Assembly (NCBI RefSeq): GCF_006345805.1 | Contig: NC_043012.1 | Location: 38,502,001-38,566,000 of the forward strand | From: Octopus sinensis | Taxonomy: Eukaryota | Direction: 5' to 3' | Length of the DNA stretch: 64,000 nt | Part shown: positions 52,970 to 64,000 of the stretch, one piece after another | Numbering within the stretch: the stretch's first letter is position 1 | Layout of the letters: every line of letters starts with the position of its first letter | Program-made: the position numbers and the translations under genes | The notes under the pieces: generated by a model | Seen by the model: only the letters and a program-made list of their open reading frames with translations | What the model was told of the DNA's origin: nothing | The model's database searches: none

Positions 52970-54455
52970 GATACAGGGCGTAACCAACGGTGCAAATAAC
53001 ATGAAATACGTAAACGAACGAGGGAAGAATGAGTAATATAAGTAAACGCAGAGAAATGACCCTTCATCAGTTGTCGGCTATCTATCTACTCCACATCTCC
53101 AGCATTCAACGACAATATGAATCTTCACAGACAGTGGCTCCCATAAATTCTAAAATAAAATTTTAGGATTTATGGAAGGCCGAAGTTGGGCACAAAAAAT
53201 GATAGTTGAGACAAACAAGGAAACCGAAAGAGAACAAACCTGGAAGGCCATTAGACCAGAACAAGGGGAAATAGGGAAGACTGAGGAAAACGTTTTTTTA
53301 TTACAGAAAAAAGATAGAAAAGGGACAGAAAAACACGTCCTCTCGATTAGATGTTTGTGCAGGAAAAGAAATATGGACGATGGTCACGTGTGAGCAACGA
53401 GAGAGAAAAAGTGAAAGGAAAAGAGAAAGAGAGAGGGGAGATTGAAGAGAAGAGAAAAAGGGAGGGAGAAAGGCAGATAAAAAACGGTTGAAAATGGAAT
53501 TAGAGAAGGATGGATGAGAAAACACTATAGAGAAGAGAGTCGCATCACGAAGGTGATGATAAACGTACACACACAAGAATATATGGGCACAGGACGTCAC
53601 CAACGGTACAAATGACATGAAATACGTATAGAAACGAAGGGAAAACTAGAAATATACGTAAATAACGAGAAAGAAATGGAAAACAGGACAAGCTAACATC
53701 GAGAAAAGGATCTTTCATTTGTTTTGGCTGTCCATCTACTCCTCATTTCGAGCATTGTCGATGAATGCTCGAAATGAGGAGCAGGTAGACAGTTGATAAC
53801 TGATGAAAGATTCTTTCTCCGTGTTAAAATGTCCTCTTTTGCATTTTTCTTGTTGTTTACGTATATATTACACGTTTCCCCCCCTCTTTTGTTTACGTAT
53901 TTGATGTTATTTGCAACGTTGGTGACATATATATACATATATATATATATGCATATTATTTTTTATTTCACTGAACGTGACGCATCCATTTCCTAGTAAG
54001 TTTATCTTCACTTTTGTGATGCTAAACTCTACTCTATACTGTTTTCTTCTTCCACACTTCTTTAATTCTGTTTTTCTCCCCTACCTTCTTCACCTTTTTC
54101 TATCTGTGTGTGTATCTCTCCCCCTCTCTTTCACTTTTCCTCTCTCTCTTTCCTTCTCGTTGCTCACATCTTTCTTTTCCTCGCATAACCATCTTTCTTT
54201 TCCTGCACGGACATTTAAACAAGCGGACGTATTTTTCTTTCTTCTATCATTTCTCCCAGACTTCACTATTTTCCTCTCGTTCTGGTCTAATGAGCCTCCA
54301 CGGTTTTCCCGTTTCCTTGTATGTCTCACTGACATGTTTTGGTTCCCAATTTTCACCCTCCAGAAATCCAAAATACCATTTTCGAAATTCTGGGTGCAAC
54401 TGTCTGAGAAAACTCATATTGTCGTTGAATGGTCGAATTGAGCAGATACACAGCT
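52970..54455. mobile_element. Inverted pair of ~650-nt non-coding repeat units, each with direct terminal repeats containing a permuted hammerhead-like motif
   Basis: 52970-53756 (minus) and 53755-54455 (plus) are diverged reverse complements (e.g. 53160-53370 vs 54190-54370); central hairpin 53728-53756/53764-53792; 52975-53050 recurs at 53590-53670. Confidence 0.75.
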
Positions 54456-54566
54456 ACATACCACACAGACACCCCTGCGCCTATACACCCCCATAAATAT
54501 ATATATGTGTGTGTATATATATATAATTTATTATTTAATTGAATGCAACGAATCCATTTCCAAGTA

Positions 54567-54593
<27 letters not shown>

Positions 54594-54606
<13 letters not shown>

Positions 54607-55623
54607 TGTAGTTGTGTGAGTGTCTGTCTCCTACGATTTAGATTCCTAACTACTCCCACATTTTGCGGTGCAGTTTAACCAAATTCGGGTATCTTATAGT
54701 CGTGATTTATATCGAGCCCGTCTGGGTATTAGCGCGCGTCTACAATGAGGCTACGATTTTAAAAATAATTTAACATCATTTTTTTCCATTTTAACGCATA
54801 TTTTTTCGTGTGTCGATGGCGGCGGATTTGGCGTCCATGGTCACACCTGCACCTGTGTTTTTTCTCCCCCTTCTTCCCTCCCTCGTGAAGCTGTGGGGAA
54901 GGGAGTATAAGGAAATCAACGTCGTAAAGCATTGTCAAGGACACCAGCGTTCTTTTAGAACAACGACTTCATGGCTTGAAGACACCAAAATTACCATAAT
55001 TTTTTATTCCATTTTTAATGCATTTTTTTGCTAATGTTTGCTATAACTCACTAAAAATGCTTATATAGTTATTTCCCTTACAAACCCGAGCAACGCCGGG
55101 CGATACTGCTAGTATATATATAAAACTGTAGTTGTGTGAGTGTCTGTCCCCTTCGATTTAGATTCCTAACTACTCCCACATTTTGCGGTGCAGTTTAACC
55201 AAATTCGGGTATCTTATAGTCGTAATGCATATCAAGCCCGTCTGAGTATTAGCTCGTGTCTACGATGAATCTACGATTTTAAAAATAATTTGACATCATT
55301 TTTTATTCCATTTTAATGCATAATTTTTCGTGTGTCGATGGCGGCGGAGTTGGCGTCCATGGTCACACCTGCACTTGTGTTGCTTTTCTCCTTCTTCCCT
55401 CCCTCGTGAAGCTGTGGGGAAGGGAGTGTAAGGAAATCAACGTCATAAAGCGTTGTCAAGGAGACCAGCGTTCTTCTAGAACAACGACTTCATGGCTTGA
55501 AGACACCAAAACAGAAATGGCTAAGAAAGCCCGAATTGGCATCTATAAGGGAAGTAACTCTCTAAAAATGCTTATATAGTTATTTCCCTTACAAACCCGA
55601 GCAACGCCGGGCGATACTGCTAG
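54594..55623 (+). mobile_element. Two head-to-tail non-autonomous Helitrons (~515 bp each)
   Basis: Each starts tatatataaaactgtagttg and ends with a cccgagcaacgccggg hairpin plus CTAG (55109-55112, 55620-55623) followed by T; no TSD. Confidence 0.85.
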
Positions 55624-55706
55624 TACATATATATATATCTTATGATAAATGGCAGATTTTCTCTGCCTGTGACTATGTTTCTTTTTAATACAATCGTACA
55701 ATATAG

Positions 55707-56164
55707 AATTTCTTCAATTGGAATTTACCTATGATTTTTCGAAGTAGATTCGATTGGGTCATGGCATATAAATTTTTTTTCAATTTCACCACCAATTAAG
55801 CAAAAATTCGAGAAGACTAAATATTTTACGATTTGCCTCTCTCATTTCAAGTGCTTCACTCCTTCTATTACCACACTTTCTCCTAATTTCTCTTTGCAAG
55901 TGTACCTTAAACCACTACTCAAAAAAATACAGAGGAAACACAAACAAATAAATACATAACGATTTACTCCTCACACAATTTCTTCAATTGGAATATACCT
56001 ATGATTTTTTGAAGTACATTCCATTGGGTCATGGCATATAAATTTCTTTCAATTTGACCCCCAATTAAGCAAAAATTCGAGAAAACTCAATATTATACGA
56101 TTTCCCTCTCTCACTTCAAATGCTTCACTCCTTCTATTACCATACTTTCTCCTACTTTCTCTTT
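55707..56164. repeat. ~190-bp direct repeat with 270-bp period
   Basis: aatttcttcaattggaat..tgcttcactccttctattacca..ctttctcct at 55707 and 55977. Confidence 0.85.
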
Positions 56165-56942
56165 ACACACATAGACACGCAAACATATACATATATGACA
56201 GTGACAAACACAAACGTTTCAAACAACTACATACAAACACCCAAACACACACACACACACACGTGTGTGTTTGTTATTAGTAAAAAAGGCGCCAAACACA
56301 ATTCACTTTCTCATTCGAACACATTTGCAAACACACACACACAATTCACTGACATATGGTGAGTAGATGCTAGCCGTTCACATTATGAGTTACACTATTA
56401 CACCAATTGTACTGGGACTGTTGTCTACTTCCCGTTAGTTTTTAGTGTCGAGGAAACAAATCTTTCTCGAGAAATAATTAAAAAAACACTCCTAGATTTC
56501 ACAAAGGACTTTAAGAAACGATAGGAACTAAGTTCAGTTGAAGAAACGAGACGGTTTTAAGGAAAACAGACGTTCGAATTGCTATGATAACTCAACAGAA
56601 AAGGTAAATTGGTTTTTAATTTACTTTCTGTCGCTAAGTTTTCGTAGTATAATTTGCGAGCGTACTTCAGTTGTCAATTGTTGAAAGAAAGAAATTGTGA
56701 GCTAAGAAGGTGTGTGTGTGTCTGTGTATGCGTGCGTGCGTGTGTGTGTGTATGTGTCTGTGTGTGTGTGGAGTGTGTGTGTGTGTGTGTGTGTATGTAT
56801 GTGTGTAGGAAGTGAAGGATAAAAATATGACAAGAAGTGGACAGATGTACATATATACATACATACATCCATACATACATACATGTTTGTGCGTGTGTGT
56901 GTGTGTGTATGTATGTGTATTAATGTGTGTGTGTTATCTCTC

Positions 56943-57327
56943 TCTATATAAAGCTGAAGTTGTCTGTGTGCGTCAGGTTTGGTAGCCTTCAACTAACACT
57001 ATCTCCTCCGAGACCCTGCGGCGCAAGTTGACCAAAATTGAGAGTATGATAGAAGAAGGGTTGCTCTTCCTTCCGTAGAAGATAAAATTCAAATCGGACC
57101 ATGTTAACACTAAAAATTATTTACATCAAAGAGGTCCGTTTTTCTATGAAAATCCCTATTTTTTACGATTTTTTCACTGCTGTGTCGCCACTTTTTGGTG
57201 TATTTCAACCAGAAAAATGTTCACTTGAAGAGAATAACAAGCTACATAATGAAAAATTTTTACTTTTCAAAAATTCCAATTCCAGCGGGTCGAAACAAAC
57301 CCGAGCAACGCCGGGCGATACTGCTAG
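56943..57327 (+). mobile_element. Non-autonomous Helitron with a different internal sequence and the same 3' terminus
   Basis: 5' tctatataaagctgaagttg; 3' acaaacccgagcaacgccgggcgatactgCTAG-t, identical to the 55.1 and 55.6 kb ends. Confidence 0.85.
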
Positions 57328-57640
57328 TATATATATAATCACACACACAAAAATATATATGCTTATATATTTTTGCTCGCAGTACATGTGCGTGTGTGTG
57401 TGTGTGTTCAAACACGTAAACCATATTGGCTATGCTCTTATAAGAATTAATCTCGTTTAAGCCAAGAAACACAATATCTCATATTTAACGAAATTTAGCT
57501 AATCTGTGATTTCCAGTTGTGCGAAATCCTGCATTTTACTCTAAGGTTACTAATCCAATTAAGCGAAATGATAGAAACGCTACTGGAATAAATAATGAGT
57601 TCTACTATCACAAATAATAGGCATTGCTATTATTATTATG

Positions 57641-57673
<33 letters not shown>

Positions 57674-57687
57674 TTATTATTATTATA

Positions 57688-57720
<33 letters not shown>

Positions 57721-58030
57721 TTGTACTGTTAGTGTCAAAAGTAAGTTTTGTAATTACGGTTTGCCTTGATTTTCCGAGGTATTTACACCACATCAAACTA
57801 CGTATCGATGCAGAATTACGCGCAATCGTTTCTGAGTGAAACACGACATCAGAAATACTGAGCGAAGGCGTCTCTCGTCAATCATCAGAGAAGAAACAAT
57901 GGAAGGCAAAGTTAAGTTCTGCGGAAATTCAAATCAAAATATTAAACTCGGAAGAAATATCTCAAAGCATGTCTTCCAACGCTCTAACAAGTGTGTCGAT
58001 GCGCTACTTTTATGAGTGTGTGTGGGTGCC

Positions 58031-58063
<33 letters not shown>

Positions 58064-58069
58064 CGTATG

Positions 58070-58104
<35 letters not shown>

Positions 58105-58191
58105 CTGTGTGTGAGTGTTTACATATGTAAAAACATGGTACATGTGGCGGTGCCCCCGTATGGCTGCAACTCTCGAGCTGAAAGTAGTAAA

Positions 58192-58248
<57 letters not shown>

Positions 58249-59614
58249 ACTGCGTGTGTGTGTGTGTATGTGTTTAAAATCAGATAAAAGAGAACCGATA
58301 AAATAAGTAGTAGCTTTACAAAGAATAAGTCCTGGTGTTGATTTGCTCGACTACAGGCGGTGCTCCAGCATGGCCGCAGTCAAATGATTGAAGCAAATGA
58401 ATGAATATAAGAAAATACACGCATATACACGTATACACACACACATATATGTATATGTTGATATATATTTTTGTATTTAGAGCGAGTTCGTTCTTTTGTG
58501 CTTGTCGATATATTTTAGTGTAAAGAAGCACGAACAGAGATGTATATGATGGCTTTCATTGTCATACATATGAAGAGAATTCTATTCACGGAATTTGTTT
58601 TATAAAATATCAATTTTTGTATAGTTTCTCTTATTATCAATTTACTTAATCACGAAGATTTTATTTTTGCCTCATAAACATTATTACGCTGATATCATTA
58701 TCCAAATCGTTACTATTATTATAATTAGAAACATAATTTTAACATTTCTCTTGAAGAATGTATACAAATATAACATTTTTGCGAAAATTAATTAGAATTA
58801 ATGGGAAAGGTTTTATTGCTATTAAAGCAAACCAATTTATTATCGAACACTTGCTGCTAATGAATCTGTAATTATGTAGTTATCCTTTCTAAGTTGAATT
58901 TTGATTCCCTCCTTAACTCTCAATTTCCTCCCCTATATCCTATTTCCCCTATTATATTTATATATATATATATTATGTGCATGTGGATATGTATATAAAT
59001 ATATGGAATAGAGAACGTTTACATGTAGAACTGGTGAGATAATTACTCAATACGTGAATTAGAATATATTGTATTCGAAGTCGAAATATCTTTAATCATT
59101 ACATCTGTATTTCCCGTCATCTATTAATCACGTTTTGAAGTTATGTATTAGCGTAACAAAATAAAAGCAAAAATATTCATACAAATCGAAGCATCATTAA
59201 TTACCGAGATTTGATTGGTTGCTAAATACGAGAAAATGTATATTTCATTATTATGTTCACCTATTCGCACACAATACCTATGAGTTGCTTTCATGTTTCA
59301 GTGTATAAAATGCATGTAAGGAAAAGTCATTGTAAAGCAGTTATTTTCAGTCGATGAATAAAAACATATTTTATTTCCGTTTATAACGATCTTCACCATG
59401 TGGTAATCCATTGGATTGAAAATAAACTTTTTTTTATAGGTAAATTGTAGTTAAAAATCATTTCGAAGCTGTCTGAAAGAATTCACCTAATTCGATCGTT
59501 TGTTCAAAATTGCAAATGGCTGCTATGAAAAGTCATACCTTGTGATTTTAATGTTGGGCATAATATGTTCTCCTGGAGTGGGGTATATCTAAATTGATTG
59601 TCAATATTATTGTT

Positions 59615-59815
59615 AAAGCGGTGAGTTGGCAGAATCGTTTGCGCACCGGGCGAAATGCAAAACGCCATTTCGTCTGTTATCTGGGTTTGAGTTCAAATGC
59701 CAGCGGGGTCGACATTGCTTTTCATCCTTTCGGGGTCGATAAAGTGAGTACCAGTTCAGTAAATGACATACCCCTTCCCTCAAATTTCAAGCCGTGTGCC
59801 TATAGTAGAAATGAT
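59615..59815 (+). mobile_element. SINE family B monomer with tail 2
   Basis: aagcggtgagttggcagaatcg..gagttcaaat..catcctttcggggtcgataaa..caaatttcaagccgtgtgcctatagtagaaa. Confidence 0.85.
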
Positions 59816-59931
59816 TATCATTATTAATAAAAAGATTACATTTCGAATCATTACGGTCGTAAAAATAGAATAACCACAAGAAATCTCTCACACTTTGTTT
59901 CTCTTTTACTGTATCTGTCTGTCACTCGCGT

Positions 59932-59970
<39 letters not shown>

Positions 59971-59985
59971 GTATATCTCTCTCTT

Positions 59986-60017
<32 letters not shown>

Positions 60018-60898
60018 CTTCTTTTCTAAACGTGTGTGTGTGTATGTGTGTACGTCAATGCAAATGTGCCTGTTTCTGACTCTGTGGCTATCTCTCTCTC
60101 TATATATATATCTGCTCCCTTCTGTGTGTATTTCACCATTTTCTTCTTTCTCATTCTCCCTCGCTACCTTTCTTTTATTCTCTTTTTTTGTTTTGCCTAT
60201 CTCTACCGAAAACGTACACAGAATTTAACTTAACGAAAATTTAAATAAATTAGCTTTTAACGAGATATTCAGAAAATCCCCTTCCCCCTTTTTTTCTATT
60301 TTCTGTTCCTTTTTCTTTTTTGTTACTTCCGTTAAAGAACTTGAAGCCATCATTTTATAAATAACAACGTAACAGAATGTTTACCGTTTTCTCATATTTA
60401 AAAATATAATTCTTTTTTTTTTTTTTCAGTCATTCCTATTTTCCAATTTTTATGTTCGCTAAAGTAAGAAATTATTATAGAGATCCAATATTTCACTGCG
60501 GGACACACACACAAAAAAGAGAAAGAAAAAGAACAAAAGCGTGGAAAATATCACGTGACCATAGGCTTACATTTTTTTTGTTCGCCTTCAATCGTTTTCT
60601 TTGTTTTCTCTCGTTCAGCTAGTTTTGGCATTTATTTCATTATTTGTCTTTATATTTTGTTAAATCTGTAATGATTTTAAAAAATTTGTTTTGGGTTTTG
60701 CATCATTTTTTAAAAAATTTGTTATCTCAATATTAATTTAAATTATATAGGGTGAAAATACAGTTTTCTTGTTTTTATTCTTATGTTTTGGAGGTATAAA
60801 TTAAAATGTAGGGTTTGCCAAAATATAACATAGTGTTTAAGTTGGTAATTTAGAAACAGCGTTTTAGGACTGGCAGAAATGATATAACTTTTTATGAG

Positions 60899-61295
60899 AA
60901 GGCGGCGAGCTGGGAGAAACGCCGGGCGAAATGCGTAGCCGTATTTCGTCTGCCGTTACGTTTTGAGTTCAAATTCCGCCGAGGTCGACTTGGCCTTTCA
61001 TCCTTTCGGAGTCGATAAATTAAGTACCAGTTGCGCACTGGGGTCGATGTAATCGACTTAATCCCTTTGTCTATCTTTGTTTGTCCACTCTACGTTTAAC
61101 CCCTTGTGAGCAATAAAGAAATAAGAAAGGTTAGCACGCCGGGTATTTCGTCTGTCTTTATGTGCTGAGTTCAAGTTCCGCCGAGGTTGACTTTGTCATT
61201 CAATTTTATTCAAAATATAAGTACCAGTTACGCACTGGGGTCAATATAATTAACTGGTTCCCTCCTAAATTTCAAGCATTGCGTCTATAGAATAA
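60899..61295 (+). mobile_element. Dimeric SINE family B
   Basis: Same tail-1 monomer + tail-2 partial monomer order as 11902-12292. Confidence 0.85.
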
Positions 61296-61316
61296 ATTAT
61301 TATTATTATTATTATT

Positions 61317-61645
61317 ATTGCAACGTGGATGGTGTTTATAAGCCATTTAAAATAACACAAAAACCGTTAGATTCACTTCAACATTTAAATTTAATTTGCG
61401 TCAAAATACTTTCGTAGCTTTGAAACCGTGACCTGTTCACTGACAAAATTCCGTGATGTCAGTGAACAGGTCGAGGTCTCAAAGCGACGAAAATATTTTG
61501 GCAAATTAAATTTAAATGTTGAAGTTAATCTAACGGCTTTTGTGTGTTTCTTAAATGGCTTATAAACACCTTCCACGCTGCAATTGTTTTCGTTGCAGCA
61601 CACGATCTCAGATCAGGTCACCTGCTATGCAAGTACATCTCCGTA

Positions 61646-61646
<1 letters not shown>
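61317..61646. mobile_element. Long palindromic MITE in (TTA)n
   Basis: Arms 61317-61445 / 61457-61585 form a ~130-bp hairpin; the right arm extends to ..catctccgtaa and the left arm is truncated. Confidence 0.85.
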
Positions 61647-61700
<54 letters not shown>

Positions 61701-62012
61701 TATTATTATTATTGTTTTAGGCAGAATCATTACTATGCCGGCAAAATGTTTATAGGCACCTATTCGACCTTCACGTTCTGACTTCATATACCACAAAAAT
61801 TAATTCTTCTTCCATCATTTTGGATTCGATGAAATAAGTTCTGATTTGATCTCCTAGGTCGATGTTTTCGAATAGACCCTCTCAGGTAATTGTTAACCTT
61901 GTGTCAAAATTTGAAATTACCAACACTTTCCAAATTTCGGTTCTTGAACCTATAGAAGAAATATTATTAACTCTCTTTCAATCTGCATTAGCTAGCAGGT
62001 ATGTTACCTTTC

Positions 62013-62262
62013 GTGGAGGCGCGTGGCTTAGTGGTTAGGGTGTCAGCATCATTGTCGTTAGATTGTGGTTTCGATTCCTGGACCGGTCGATATGTTGTGC
62101 TCTTGAGCAAGACACTTTATTTCACGTTGTTCCAGTCCACTCAGCTGGCAAAAATGAGTAACGCTGCGATGGACTGGCGTCCGTCCATCTGGGGAACATA
62201 TACGCCATAGAAACCGGGAAACCGGGCCCGTGAGACTGGTTAGGCTTTAAAAGGGCGCTTTT
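62013..62262 (+). mobile_element. SINE family C (V-domain-like body)
   Basis: tRNA-like head with box A/B and body ctgcgatggactggcgtcc..agaaaccggga; 13-bp TSD tatgttacctttc (62000-62012, 62274-62286). Confidence 0.92.
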
Positions 62263-62286
62263 TATTATTTTTCTATGTTACCTTTC

Positions 62287-62680
62287 ATTGTCCTGGTGCA
62301 TTGGACGTTTGCGACGAAATCTCTTCTTGAACTACCGCAACTCTTCGCCACAAATTACTCCGTTAACCATCCGGCTGGAGCGAAACCAGTGGATATAGTG
62401 GTTATTACTGCTGTCGAAAAAGGATGGTGGTGAGGAGTCATCTCGGTGGACTTGCTTTGCCTGGATTCTTGTACAAGCGAAAACCAGAGTCTCGGTTCAT
62501 GCAAGGTAATCCTTGAGAGGTCTGGAGTATTTAATAAATTTCGACATCATTTCTGTCCAGTTTAACACTAAACTTTATTGCATATCGAGCTTTCATTTGT
62601 CTTAACCGTCGCAGCTGCATTCTGCAAACTGGTCAGATTTGACGAGCAGCGATTTGTAGGATGTTTTCAAAGTGTCGTTT
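62287..62680 (-). pseudogene. Internally deleted mariner transposase relic
   Basis: Minus strand ARYAIKFSVKLDRN, CMNRDSGF, FFDSSNNHYIHWF, FKKRFRRKRP, HQDN. Confidence 0.75.
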
Positions 62681-62962
62681 CCTTCAATCTACAATTAAAA
62701 AATTACAATAATATGGGACAGTTATAATCGTTTCCCTTTAAAAAAAAATCTGAAATGTTCTGTAACTCACCTCATTTATACACATATGCATATTAAATAC
62801 ATAAATTAACTAACTAACTAACACACACACACACATATATATATATGCGTACGAACTCTAAGGTATACAATATATTTACATATTTCTAAATATATTCATA
62901 TATATATATATATATATATACATATACATGTATATATATATATATACATATACACACACACA

Positions 62963-63025
<63 letters not shown>

Positions 63026-63029
63026 GTAT

Positions 63030-63430
63030 AAAAATACAAACTGGGACAAGAACACAAAACATTTAGGAGACGATACAAAATACACGATGGGACATTCGAA
63101 GTCTTCAATCTTCAGTCAAGAACCGGATCATCCTCGTAATTTCGGTTGATTAATCTTGAGATTGCTCCGATCTGGCCAGCCCCAAAGGAAAATCTAAGCT
63201 AAGCGCATTAGATTCCTTGGAAGAAAGCTTCGAATGTATACAAAACAAGGACGGAAAAACGGACGATGTTACACGAATAAGAATACAAAAATAATACGTA
63301 AAAACAATAATAATGCGTAGAAACAATAATAAAAATAAAATAACAATAACAGGACATCACAAACAGGCGTCTTTCGACTAGACGAATTAAACTAAGCTGG
63401 CGTGTTAGGAATGTGCCTTGGGGCAGAGAG
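63030..63430 (-). mobile_element. TA-flanked structured repeat (PLE-like) with a permuted hammerhead-like motif at 63101-63178
   Basis: Minus strand gccagatc-gga-gcaa-TC-tcaaga-ttaatcaacc-GAAA-ttac-gaggat-gatccggt-tcttga-CTGAAGA, enclosed by the 10-bp IR acattcgaag/cttcgaatgt (63092-63101 / 63228-63237). Confidence 0.6.
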
Positions 63431-64000
63431 AAAAAATGTTGGTTTTACCGCTACCGCTGCAAAACCCCAAATGGCCAGCAGTCGGTCAGTCAGTCAGTCA
63501 GTCAGAGAAGAGAGTGGAAAAGAGGAACAGATGAATTAAGGAGGGGGAGAAGAGAGAGAAAAAGAGGAACAAGGAATTAAGGAGGAGGAGCAGAGAGAGA
63601 GAGAGAGAGAGAGCGAGAAAAAGAGACAGGGGCAGAGTGAAGTGCAAAGTAAGAAAGCGAAGAAATGTAGGAGAGGGGGGAGAGAGACAGAATCGTACCA
63701 AGTTTAGAGAAATGTGTACATACATATAAGAGAGAGGGTACATACACCGTATATATATACGCACACATATGTAGACAGATATACTACTTGTCTCTAATAC
63801 ATGACATGTTACTAAACGTATTGGGGCTCAGCATTCCAACCACGTTAAACTGCCATTTTCGTATAATGCATTCTGGAAAATGTCATAAATTTGGATTCAG
63901 GTTTTAACGAAGCAACAGGAACCATAGAGTGGAAACATTCACAGAAAACAGAGTTATTGAAATTCCGATTCTTCATTGATTTTTACCAAACGATTCCTCT

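Noticed and set aside
62605-62700. Possible terminal exon on the minus strand (..ttgtag|IEGNDTLK..AECSCDG*)
   Set aside because: Runs directly into a mariner transposase N-terminus; better explained as transposon 5' sequence.

Overview
AT-rich, microsatellite-saturated eukaryotic DNA. The SINE families and repeat style point to an octopod cephalopod (inference). There is one 100-N gap, and no host protein-coding exon could be supported; nearly all listed ORFs are microsatellite translations. The window is a mosaic of mobile DNA: three modular tRNA-derived SINE families, a near-full-length but decayed RTE LINE (29.5-33.3 kb), an ORF1-only zinc-knuckle retroelement sharing its 3' tail with a SINE (41.4-43.0 kb), R4/Dong and CR1-like fragments, Tc1/mariner relics, hAT and palindromic MITEs, and non-autonomous Helitrons. 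Several short Penelope-like (PLE) terminal-repeat units, mostly in (TA)n tracts, carry hammerhead ribozyme (HHR) motifs, including canonical, long-helix-II and U3-A8 variants. The main finding is that two repeat families with different sequences (53.0-54.5 kb and 63.1 kb) carry the three hammerhead core strands in the order UH, GAAA, CUGANGA. That order is not one of the three circular permutations (types I/II/III), yet helices I and III still pair, and one copy begins exactly at the predicted cleavage site. Helix II is weakly supported. All structures were folded by eye and none has been tested.
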